NCBI RefSeq assembly: GCF_039654945.1 | Contig: NW_027361705.1 | Span: forward strand, 25,668,001 to 25,732,000 | Origin: Dendrobates tinctorius | Taxonomy: Eukaryota | Direction: 5' to 3' | DNA length: 64,000 nucleotides | In this document: piece by piece, positions 1 through 10,517 of the stretch | Layout: each line of letters opens with the position of its first letter | Numbering within the stretch: position 1 is the stretch's first letter | Translations under genes and position numbers: made by a program | Notes under the pieces: model-generated | Databases searched by the model: none | Told to the model about the DNA's origin: nothing | What the model saw: the letters and a program-made list of their open reading frames with translations, nothing else

Positions 1-211
1 TGAACAAAAAAAAAAAAAAAAAAAAAACAGCAATTTTGACATTACTCTGCAGTGGACCAGGGGAGGGTGGGCAATGTCCCTTCCCCCCCCCCCACAGAAA
101 CCCCTTAGCTTGTGAGTTTTCAGTAAGTGAGTTTAATCATGGAAATTAAACGGTCGAAAAATTAATACAGTAGTTACAAAAATCAGTCACACATTATAAT
201 GTCACAAGAAG

Positions 212-221
212 AAAAACAAAA
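212..221 (-). terminator. RNA polymerase III oligo-T terminator of the tRNA-Ala
   Basis: TTTTGTTTTT on the minus strand, 2 nt after the tRNA 3' end. Confidence 0.8.
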
Positions 222-223
222 TG

Positions 224-296
224 TGGAGAATGCGGGCATCGATCCCGCTGCCTCTCGCATGCTAAGCGAGCGCTCTACCATTTGAGCTAATTCCCC
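224..296 (-). tRNA. tRNA-Ala, anticodon AGC
   Basis: The minus strand reads GGGGAATTAGCTCAAATGGTAGAGCGCTCGCTTAGCATGCGAGAGGCAGCGGGATCGATGCCCGCATTCTCCA (73 nt). It folds as a cloverleaf with a G3:U70 alanine identity pair, AGC anticodon at 261-263 and the ATCG T-loop typical of vertebrate tRNA-Ala. Confidence 0.97.
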
Positions 297-379
297 ACTG
301 CTGTCCTGCGAGTACCCCCTCACCTCCATGGCCTATCACACAGACACCGGTGTGGCGCACGCTGCACCACCCGTCGCCA

Positions 380-1110
380 GTGTGACCGCTTTCTCCAATA
401 TTATCCTTTATGACTGGAGACGGTGACTAGTCAAGCGACGGTAACCCGAGCTGTCCCAACCCCCTCACTTCTGCCCCGCTACAGAGCCATAACCGCCCGC
501 CTCCAAAGCTGGGCCATTCGCTTACCACTACAGTAAACTACGCACTTTAATAGGCGACTGTGGTAAACTCTGGTCAAGCGATTGGTCAGGAGAGCTGTCA
601 ATCACCACAACGCAGCGCTGTTGCTAAGGCCTAGAAGGCTGTAGCCGTGTCGGCCATAACGAGCCATTGGCAGAGTTCAAGTTTGACACCATTGAACGGC
701 GACCAATAAGCTCTGATTATCAGTCGTCACGCTTTTTTACGTGAGTGACAGGGCCGGCGTCCAATCCGCGACTGCAATAGCTGCACAACAAGGTGGTTTT
801 TATTGACTGACAAGAGTTTGAGCCAATCAGAATTAACTCCTAAAAGGTGAAGGTCGGCTATCTCCTCTGATTGGCTGGAGGCGTCCCTGAAGGAGGAGGG
901 GGTGGTTTGCAAGAGTTGATATGTCCACCATCTTGAAAAGTCGCCTATAGTGCTCAGCAATTTTCCCGCCTGACTGGATTGGGTTATTTTATCATACAAG
1001 GTAATGATAGGCGGCTTAATAGCTGTCACTTATCGGTGCAGGTGTGAGGGTTCCTGGGAGGGGTGGGCGCTTAGTCGGGAAGGTGTTCGTTGTCCGGTGA
1101 GGTAACTTGT
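380..1110 (+). promoter_or_regulatory. CpG-rich Pol II promoter and probable non-coding first exon region of PPP6R3
   Basis: Eight CCAAT/ATTGG pentamers (395, 581, 666, 703, 761, 823, 870, 978), three TGANTGACAR decamers, an E2F-type TTTCCCGC at 962 and an RFX-like GTTGCTAAGG at 620. Candidate donors are AG|GTAATG (1001), AG|GTGTGA (1042) and AG|GTAACT (1102). Assignment to PPP6R3 is inferred from position. Confidence 0.7.
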
Positions 1111-1399
1111 CCTGTGAGGGGCGTAGGGGACCTTCTGATTATGGTACAGGGTATAGCGGAGACGGAAGGAGGGGAGGGAGGCCTTCCTCTAAGGCAGCCA
1201 CACAAAAGCCGGTGCCTCCTGGCCCTTGTGGAGTAGGCCGTGTGTGAGGCCTGGGCCCCCGGCTGTGGTGACGACCATTGCCGGGTCACAGGTCACCGGT
1301 GTGCGCCCTGCTCCCCACAGCCCGGCCCCGCCAGAGGAACTGTCACACTGCCGCCCACAGAGGAGTGCCTGCAGCAAGCTCCAGTGTACGGGCCGGAGC

Positions 1400-4300
1400 G
1401 TGTGTGCCTGCCTGTGTCACCCGTGTGTGTGTGTGACTGCCTGCCTGTGTCACCCGTGTGTGTGTGTGTGTGACTGCCTGCCTGTGTCACCCGTGTGTGT
1501 GTGTGTGTGACTGCCTGCCTGTGTCACCCGTGTGTGTGTGTGTGTGACTGCCTGCCTGTGTCACCCGTGTGTGTGTGTGTGTGACTGCCTGCCTGTGTCA
1601 CCCGTGTGTGTGTGTGACTGCCTGCCTGTGTCACCCGTGTGTGTGTGTGACTGCCTGCCTGTGTCACCCGTGTGTGTGTGTGACTGCCTGCCTGTGTCAC
1701 CCGTGTGTGTGTGTGTGTGACTGCCTGCCTGTGTCACCCGTGTGTGTGTGTGTGTGTGACTGCCTGCCTGTGTCACCCGTGTGTGTGTGACTGCCTGCCT
1801 GTGTCACCCGTGTGTGTGTGTGTGTGTGACTGCCTGCCTGTGTCACCTGTGTGTGTGTGACTGCCTGCCTGTGTCACCCGTGTGTGTGTGACTGCCTGCC
1901 TGTGTCACCCGTGTGTGTGTGNNNNNNNNNNNNNNNNNNNNNNNNNNNNNNNNNNNNNNNNNNNNNNNNNNNNNNNNNNNNNNNNNNNNNNNNNNNNNNN
2001 NNNNNNNNNNNNNNNNNNNNNNNNNNNNNNNNNNNNNNNNNNNNNNNNNNNNNNNNNNNNNNNNNNNNNNNNNNNNNNNNNNNNNNNNNNNNNNNNNNNN
2101 NNNNNNNNNNNNNNNNNNNNNNNNNNNNNNNNNNNNNNNNNNNNNNNNNNNNNNNNNNNNNNNNNNNNNNNNNNNNNNNNNNNNNNNNNCCGTGTGTGTG
2201 TGTGACTGCCTGCCTGTGTCACCCGTGTGTGTGTGTGACTGCCTGCCTGTGTCACCCGTGTGTGTGTGTGTGTGTGTGACTGCCTGCCTGTGTCACCCGT
2301 GTGTGTGTGTGTGACTGCCTGCCTGTGTCACCCGTGTGTGTGTGTGTGTGACTGCCTGCCTGTGTCACCCGTGTGTGTGTGTGTGTGACTGCCTGCCTGT
2401 GTCACCCGTGTGTGTGTGACTGCCTGCCTGTGTCACCCGTGTGTGTGTGTGACTGCCTGCCTGTGTCACCCGTGTGTGTGTGTGACTGCCTGCCTGTGTC
2501 ACCCGTGTGTGTGTGTGACTGCCTGCCTGTGTCACCCGTGTGTGTGTGTGACTGCCTGCCTGTGTCACCCGTGTGTGTGTGTGACTGCCTGCCTGTGTCA
2601 CCCGTGTGTGTGTGTGACTGCCTGCCTGTGTCACCCGTGTGTGTGTGTGACTGCCTGCCTGTGTCACCCGTGTGTGTGTCTGCCTGTGTCACCCGTGTGT
2701 GACTGCCTGCCTGCCTGCCTGTGTCACCCGTGTGTGTGTGTGTGTGTGTGACTGCCTGCCTGTGTCACCCGTGTGTGTGTGTGTGACTGCCTGCCTGTGT
2801 CACCCGTGTGTGTGTGTGTGTGTGTGACTGCCTGCCTGTCACCCGTGTGTGTGTGTGTGTGNNNNNNNNNNNNNNNNNNNNNNNNNNNNNNNNNNNNNNN
2901 NNNNNNNNNNNNNNNNNNNNNNNNNNNNNNNNNNNNNNNNNNNNNNNNNNNNNNNNNNNNNNNNNNNNNNNNNNNNNNNNNNNNNNNNNNNNNNNNNNNN
3001 TCACCCGTGTGTGTGTGTGACTGCCTGCCTGTGTCACCCGTGTGTGTGTGTGTGACTGCCTGCCTGTGTCACCCGTGTGTGTGTGTGTGACTGCCTGCCT
3101 GTGTCACCCGTGTGTGTGTGTGACTGCCTGCCTGTGTGTGTGTGTGTGACTGCCTGCCTGTGTCACCTGTGTGTGTGTGTGTGACTGCCTGCCTGTGTCA
3201 CCTGTGTGTGTGTGTGTGNNNNNNNNNNNNNNNNNNNNNNNNNNNNNNNNNNNNNNNNNNNNNNNNNNNNNNNNNNNNNNNNNNNNNNNNNNNNNNNNNN
3301 NNNNNNNNNNNNNNNNNNNNNNNNNNNNNNNNNNNNNNNNNNNNNNNNNNNNNNNNNNNNNNNNNNNNNNNNNNNNNNNNNNNNNNNNNNNNNNNNNNTC
3401 ACCCGTGTGTGTGTGTGTGTGACTGCCTGCCTGTGTCACCCGTGTGTGTGTGTGACTGCCTGCCTGTGTCACCCGTGTGTGTGTGTGTGACTGCCTGCCT
3501 GTGTCACCCGTGTGTGTGTGTGTGTGACTGCCTGCCTGTGTCACCCGTGTGTGTGTGTGTGTGTGACTGCCTGCCTGTGTCACCCGTGTGTGTGTGTGTG
3601 TGTGACTGCCTGCCTGTGTCACCCGTGTGTGTGTGTGTGACTGCCTGCCTGTGTCACCCGTGTGTGTGTGTGTGTGTGACTGCCTGCCTGTGTCACCCGT
3701 GTGTGTGTGTGTGACTGCCTGCCTGTGTCACCCGTGTGTGTGTGTGTGTGACTGCCTGCCTGTGTCACCCGTGTGTGTGTGTGACTGCCTGCCTGTGTCA
3801 CCCGTGTGTGTGTGTGTGTCTGCCTGCCTGTGTCACCCGTGTGTGTGTGTGTGACTGCCTGCCTGTGTCACCCGTGTGTGTGTGTGTGTGTGACTGCCTG
3901 CCTGTGTCACCCGTGTGTGTGACTGCCTGCCTGTGTCACCCGTGTGTGTGACTGCCTGCCTGTGTCACCCGTGTGTGTGACTGCCTGCCTGTGTCACCCG
4001 TGTGTGTGACTGCCTGCCTGTGTCACCCGTGTGTGTGACTGCCTGCCTGTGTCACCCGTGTGTGTGACTGCCTGCCTGTGTCACCCGTGTGTGTGACTGC
4101 CTGCCTGTGTCACCCGTGTGTGTGACTGCCTGCCTGTGTCACCCGTGTGTGTGTGTGACTGCCTGCCTGTGTCACCCGTGTGTGTGTGTGACTGCCTGCC
4201 TGTGTCACCCGTGTGTGTGTGTGACTGCCTGCCTGTGTCACCCGTGTGTGTGTGGGACTGCCTGCCTGTGTCACCCGTGTGTGTGTGGGACTGCCTGCCT

Positions 4301-5141
4301 GTGTCACCCGTGTGTGTGTGTGACTGCCTGCCTGTGTCACCCGTGTGTGTGTGTGACTGCCTGCCTGTGTCACCCGTGTGTGTGTGTGACTGCCTGCCTG
4401 TGTCACCCGTGTGTGTGTGTGACTGCCTGCCTGTGTCACCCGTGTGTGTGTGTGACTGCCTGCCTGTGTCACCCGTGTGTGTGTGTGACTGCCTGCCTGT
4501 GTCACCCGTGTGTGTGTGTGACTGCCTGCCTGTGTCACCCGTGTGTGTGTGTGACTGCCTGCCTGTGTCACCCGTGTGTGTGTGTGTGACTGCCTGCCTG
4601 TGTCACCCGTGTGTGTGTGACTGCCTGCCTGTGTCACCCGTGTGTGTGTGTGTGTGTGACTGCCTGCCTGTGTCACCCGTGTGTGTGTGTGACTGCCTGC
4701 CTGTGTCACCCGTGTGTGTGTGTGTGTGACTGCCTGCCTGTGTCACCCGTGTGTGTGTGACTGCCTGCCTGTGTCACCCGTGTGTGTGTGACTGCCTGCC
4801 TGTGTCACCCGTGTGTGTGTGACTGCCTGCCTGTGTCACCCGTGTGTGTGTGACTGCCTGCCTGTGTCACCCGTGTGTGTGTGACTGCCTGCCTGTGTCA
4901 CCCGTGTGTGTGACTGCCTGCCTGTGTCACCCGTGTGTGTGACTGCCTGCCTGTGTCACCCGTGTGTGTGTGTGACTGCCTGCCTGTGTCACCCGTGTGT
5001 GTGTGTGACTGCCTGCCTGTGTCACCCGTGTGTGTGTGTGACTGCCTGCCTGTGTCACCCGTGTGTGTGTGTGACTGCCTGCCTGTGTCACCCGTGTGTG
5101 TGTCTGCCTGTGTCACCCGTGTGTGTGTCTGCCTGTGTCAC

Positions 5142-5172
<31 letters not shown>

Positions 5173-5773
5173 ACTGCCTGCCTGTGTCACCCGTGTGTGT
5201 GTGTGTGACTGCCTGCCTGTGTCACCCGTGTGTGTGTGTGTGACTGCCTGCCTGTGTCACCCGTGTGTGTGTGTGTGACTGCCTGCCTGTGTCACCCGTG
5301 TGTGTGTGTGTGACTGCCTGCCTGTGTCACCCGTGTGTGTGTGTGTGACTGCCTGCCTGTGTCACCCGTGTCTGCGTGTGTGACTGCCTGCCTGTGTCAC
5401 CCGTGTCTGCCTGCCTGTCACCCGTGTGTGTGTGTGACTGCCTGCCTGTCACCCGTGTGTGTGTGACTGCCTGCCTGTGTCACCCGTGTGTGTGTGTGAC
5501 TGCCTGCCTGTGTCACCCGTGTGTGTGTGTGACTGCCTGCCTGTGTCACCCGTGTGTGTGTGACTGCCTGCCTGTGTCACCCGTGTGTGTGTGACTGCCT
5601 GCCTGTGTCACCCGTGTGTCTGACTGACTGCCTGCCTGTGTCACCCGTGTGTGTGTGTGTGTCTGTCTGTGTCTGCCTGCCTGTGTCACCCGTGTGTGTG
5701 TGTGTGTGTGACTGCCTGCCTGTGTCACCCGTGTGTGTGTGTGTGACTGCCTGCCTGTGTCACCCGTGTGTGT
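1400..5773. repeat. Compound minisatellite [(GT)n-GACTGCCTGCCTGTGTCACCC], unit about 29-41 bp
   Basis: On the order of 100 tandem units with a constant core and a variable (GT)n tract, interrupted by three N blocks. Confidence 0.98.
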
Positions 5774-6066
5774 GGAACCGCCTTGTGTCACCTTGTGGGA
5801 CTCCGCCCCCTTTTGGGCCACCGCCCCCTTTCGGGATTTCCCCATGTCCGTTCTGCAGAACTTCTTATGCCACAGTTCACACAGTACAGTTTGTCTTTTT
5901 GGGCTGGTACTGGCCCTTAAACCACGACACCACACCAGTTCCTTCTGGCGCTGCCACAGCTCCTGCTGTCACAAATCACCGGCACCTCCGGCTGTCGCTG
6001 ACAAGCAGCTGCTGGTGTCACTGCAGCTCCTACTGCGCCGTCTTCGTGGACCCTCCGTTCCACCGG

Positions 6067-6160
6067 AAGCCGCTTGTCACCTTCGTAACCCCGCCGAGTT
6101 ACCGAAAGCCGCTTGTCACCTTCGTAACCCCGCCGAGTTACAGCAAGCTGCTTGTCACCA
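6067..6160. repeat. 39-bp tandem repeat, about 2.5 copies
   Basis: AAGCCGCTTGTCACCTTCGTAACCCCGCCGAGTTAC units start at 6067, 6106 and 6145. Confidence 0.85.
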
Positions 6161-6223
6161 CCTTGACTCCCACTGAGCAACCGCAGGCTGAGTTAAGAAG
6201 AAAAAAAAAACGCACAACTCACG

Positions 6224-7332
6224 TGTCCTGTCTGGATGCTATTCAGGACGTTCCGTCTCCGTCCAACACACAGGGCGCACCGGGTGCTATTCAGGGACCT
6301 GACCCTCCTCCCAGGGTTTCCCAACACACCGGCCTCACCTGTTCTCCTAGAACCTCCCAACACTGACCCTCCACAGGACCTTGCTCATTGAACCCTCTAG
6401 ATACAGTCTTTCCCACTGACCCATGTCAGCATACCACAGACTCCTGTCTGTTACCTGTTGGTGGCGGCCACACAGGTTCCGGGACGCCTCTTCTCCTCAG
6501 AGGTATCCCACAAATATCAATGCAGTCTTTCTCTGACCCCGGTCAGTATTACTCACGATTTTCCAGTCCGTCTGCTCTCCTGGCTCAGAGCCGCCAGTAC
6601 GGCAACATGTGCTTCTTTGAACCGCTGCCCGCATTCTCCCACCAATTGTAGGGATTCAACTTGCTCAGGAGCCACGGGAGTCAATCAGGAGGCACTTTCC
6701 TTTTAAAAGTTCACAGGGCTTATTGCTTCATAACCCATAAAGCAGCACATAACACAAGGAATAGCCTTTAGCTCAGTCAGGCGAAAGCAAGCATAAGTGT
6801 CCATGATTTCAGGCTCAGTCCTGGAGCCTCAGAAAACACAGGAGGCTTATCCGTCCTCACATACAGCCAATATCCACAGGCCTCACCGGGTCAGCAGCCT
6901 CAGCACAGGGTCTTCAGGAAGGTAGCACACGTTCCTCCACATTGGCCTGCCGGGACCTTCCACATGGCCCAATCAGATCCATGCGCTCTCTCATGTGACC
7001 TACTCTGGTTACCTTATATGGTCTGTAGCCACGACCACTGGGTCACATGGCTATGACCTCATCACAGGTCCTACAAGCATTCATACACTATATTAAGGCG
7101 TTTTAGACACCGCCCCTAGGTGGGTTTGTAGGTAGCTCTCGCTGACACAATGTATCAACAGCTCAGCAGTGCCTCTGCTGATCAACACACACATTAAAGC
7201 TTCCATCCCAAGGCCACCTACCTTGGGATACATAACGGTCATTCAGCATCCTATACCCATTACCACAATGGATATGCCTGTAGGCCCGTCCTGGGACACC
7301 CACACAGCGCCCCCTAGTGGACATAGTGGTCA
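6224..7332 (-). mobile_element. Possible LTR-like repeat fragment
   Basis: Composition and motifs resemble an LTR (TATA-like ATATAA on the minus strand near 7015, CCAATCA, GTCACATG boxes). No termini or target-site duplication (TSD) could be confirmed, and it runs into an N gap. Confidence 0.25.
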
Positions 7333-9488
7333 NNNNNNNNNNNNNNNNNNNNNNNNNNNNNNNNNNNNNNNNNNNNNNNNNNNNNNNNNNNNNNNNNNNN
7401 NNNNNNNNNNNNNNNNNNNNNNNNNNNNNNNNNNNNNNNNNNNNNNNNNNNNNNNNNNNNNNNNNNNNNCACCTCATTCAAAGAGTTTTCTTTATTTTTG
7501 ACTATGAAAATTGTGGATTCACTCTGAAGGCATCAAAACTATGAATTAACACGTGGAATTATATAATTAACAAAAAAGTGTGAAACAACTGAAAATATGT
7601 CTTCTACTCTAGGTTCTTCAAAGTAGCCACCTTTTGCTTTGATTTCTGCTTTGCATACTTGGCATTCTCTTGATGAGCTTCAAGAGGTAGTCACCGGAAA
7701 TGGTCTTCCAACAGTCTTGAAGGAGTTCCCAGAGATGCTTAGCACTTGTTGGCCCTTTTGCCTTCAATCTGCGGTCCAGCTCACCCCAAACCATCTCAAT
7801 TGGGTTCAGGTCTGGTGACACTGGAGGCCAGGTCAAAACTTTGAAAGTGTCCCCAAGTGCAGTGGCAAAAACCATCAAGCGCTACAAAGAAACTGGCTCA
7901 CATGAGGACCGCCCCAGGAAAGGAAGACCAAGAGTCACTTCTGCTGCAGAGGATAAGTTCATCCGAGTCACCAGCCTCAGAAATTGCAGGTTAACAGCAG
8001 CTCAGATTAGAGACCAGGTCAATGCCACACAGAGTTCTAGCAGCAGACACATCTCCACAACAACTGTTAAGAGGAGACTTTGTGCAGCAGGCCTTCATGG
8101 TAAAATAGCTGCTAGGAAACCACTGCTAAGGACAGGCAACAAGCAGAAGAGACTTGTTTGGGCTAAAGAACACAAGGAATGGACATTAGACCATTAGAAA
8201 TCTGTGCTTTGGTCTGATGAGTCCAAATTTGAGATCTTTGGTTCCAACCACCGTGTCTTTTTGTGACGCAGAAAAGGTGAACAGATGGTCTCTACATGTC
8301 TGGTTTCCACCGTGAAGCATGGAGGAGGAGGTGTGATGGTGTGGGGGTGCATTGCTTGTGACACTGTTGGGGATTTATTCAAAATTGAAGGCATACTGAA
8401 TCAGCATGGCTACCACAGCATCTTGCAGTGGCATGCTATTCCATCCAGTTTTTTAGTTGGACCATCAATTATTTTTCAACAGGACAATGACCCCCAAACA
8501 CCTCCAGGCTGTGTAAGGGCTATTTGACCAAGAAGGAGACTGATGGGGTGATACGCCAGATGACATGGCCTCTACAGTCACCAGAACTGAACCCAATTGA
8601 GATGGTTTGGGGTGAGCTGGACCGCAGAGTGAAGACAAAAGGGCCAACAAGTGCTAAGCATCTCCTTCAAGACTGTTGGAAGAAAAAACCTCAAAAAATA
8701 TAATGGATCAAATACTCTAAAAAAACACCAAGATAGCAGCAAAAAAATTTGATCCTAAAAATTAACTTTTATTCCAATATTTAAAACCTGGGTGATACCA
8801 GTATAAGGAACAGGGTACAGGATATTTTTAACATACAAAATATACAATGTATCAGGGCACTACACTCGCCCTAATAGGCCCTAGTGCGTCCCTTCCTTGC
8901 CGCGGAGGTTGGCACCCTAATATATGCGATGTGGCGCCCCCGCTCAACGTCGGTGACCCTAATAACACCCTAAAAAAACCCTAATCCACGACGAGGATAC
9001 AAAAAAAAAACACAAACACACAGAATTCCCGAAAAAATGACCCCTGGTGGAGAGACTATATACTGTCTCTAGGAGTGCACCTATTCTAAAACAGAGTGGT
9101 GGGTATATGTCCACCCTAATATCTCGTAGTAAAAAATGCTTATGGTTGCAGCTCAAATAGAAACTTATCTCGTAGAAAAAATGCTAAATGCTGCATAGAT
9201 GACACTGTAGCTTTCTATAAAAAAAAACGTTTACACATAACAGCAATGCGTAGATCAAATCCAAAAGGAGTTCATCAGGAAAAAATATTTGCTGATCTAA
9301 CATATCCAAAGGACATAATAGTCCTCAAAATACACAATAGTCTCTTTTATAAGCGAGGATGGCAAAGAACACCATTAAATTCATTCATGGGGTAACCCAG
9401 TGACCCAATATACAAATTGCCATCCATCAGTCTGTCAGCATAAAAATTCAAAAAGATACTTATAAGCCATCAGATGATATTGAGCCCA

Positions 9489-9944
9489 GCCCGACGCGTT
9501 TCCCCCTCTTAAGGCCCTTTTACATTTAGCGATGCACCAGCGATCCGACCAGCGATACGACCCGGTCAGGATCGCTGGTGCATCGCTAAATGATCGCTAG
9601 TGAGCTTTCATACAGAAAGATCTCACAGCGATGCAGCAGCGACGCAGCGCACGATACTCACCTTTCACACACAGCGATCCTGACGTCCTCACGCCCGCCT
9701 CCACGCGTCGCTCGTCGTCACAGCAGGAAGTCTCAGCAGGAAGCGCCCGACGAGAAATGGAGCCGGACATTCTCGCGCGATCAGCGATGGACAGCGGGGG
9801 AGCCGGTCGCTGGTAAGTATCACACATAGCGATATCGCTAGCAATATCGCTATAACGTCACAAAACCAGTGACGTTTTAGCGATATTGCTAGCGATATCG
9901 CTTAGTGTAAAACCACCTTTAGATGCTGAGGGTTCATCAGGGGC
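9489..9944 (-). ncRNA. Minimal type I hammerhead ribozyme motif, interrupted by a MITE
   Basis: With the MITE and one TTA copy removed, the minus strand reads GCCC-CTGATGA-A-CCCTC-agcatctaa-GAGGG-G-GAAAC-GC-GTC-GGGC. Confidence 0.75.
9512..9918. mobile_element. MITE, PIF/Harbinger-type (3-bp TTA TSD)
   Basis: Imperfect TIRs AGGCCCTTTTACA / TGTAAAACCACCT, TTA on both sides and internal ATCGCT/AGCGAT palindromic repeats. A close relative lies at 50459-50845. Confidence 0.85.
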
Positions 9945-10289
9945 AAAAGAGCACAAGGGGTCTCATCACCCCAGCCGAATGATCAATGCAGTGTTGGAAG
10001 ACCATTTCCGGTGACTACCTCTTGAAGCTCATCAAGAGAATGCCAAGAGTGTGCAAAGCGGTTATCAAAGCAAAAGGTGGCTACTTTGAAGAACCTAGAA
10101 TATGACATATTTTCAGTTTCACACTTTTTTGTTAATTATATAATTCCACATGTGTTAATTCATAGTTTTGATGCCTTCAGAGTGAATCTACAATTTTCAT
10201 AGTCATGAAAATAAAGAAAACTCTTTGAATGAGAAGGTGTGTCCAAACTTTTGGTCTGTACTGTATAATATATATAATATATATATAAT

Positions 10290-10365
10290 TATCGCTGTAA
10301 TTGTACCGACCAGAAGAGTAAAGTCGTCTAATCACTTATACCACACAAGAAAAGGTGTTAAAATT

Positions 10366-10425
<60 letters not shown>

Positions 10426-10501
10426 ATTTTTAACACCTTTTCTTGTGTGGTATAAGTGATTAGACGACTTTACTCTTCTGGTCGGTACAATTACAGCGAT
10501 A
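10290..10501. repeat. Near-perfect palindrome of about 210 bp centred on (TA)n
   Basis: The arm ATCGCTGTAATTGTACCGACC...AAGGTGTTAAAA is mirrored by its reverse complement ending at 10500. Confidence 0.95.
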
Positions 10502-10517
10502 CCATATATATATTATA

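Larger units (their letters stand above)
8684..9991 (-). mobile_element. Non-coding Penelope-like / retrozyme-like insertion carrying a hammerhead motif
   Basis: It interrupts the Tc1 transposase and is flanked by the 10-bp direct repeat TGTTGGAAGA (8674-8683 and 9992-10001). It has no credible ORF and carries a hammerhead core on the minus strand. Confidence 0.7.
7470..10263 (+). mobile_element. Tc1-family DNA transposon, defective fold-back derivative with a nested insertion
   Basis: The right terminal inverted repeat (TIR) ends ...TCCAAACTTTTGGTCTGTACTG|TA at 10263. Transposase remnants include GRPRVTS...ARKPLL, VKHGGGGVMVWG, FQQDNDP and SPELNPIE, with stops and frameshifts. Positions 7470-7835 are an inverted copy of the right end. 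Confidence 0.92.

Noticed and set aside
1400-5773. CRISPR-like repeat/spacer appearance
   Set aside because: The 'spacers' are only (GT)n tracts, the context is eukaryotic, and there are no cas genes.
1226-6366. Many Cys/Val-rich and His/Thr-rich ORFs resembling metallothionein or keratin-associated proteins
   Set aside because: They are translations of the minisatellite in all frames, with frame-breaking 2-bp unit variation and N runs.
8850-8960. Possible HDV-like ribozyme (GCC-AACCTCCGC-GGC resembles P3/L3)
   Set aside because: No P1 or P2 pairing partners could be found in the required order.
9265-9285. Second CTGATGA on the minus strand of the insert
   Set aside because: There is no correctly placed GAAA or stems, so it is not called a hammerhead.
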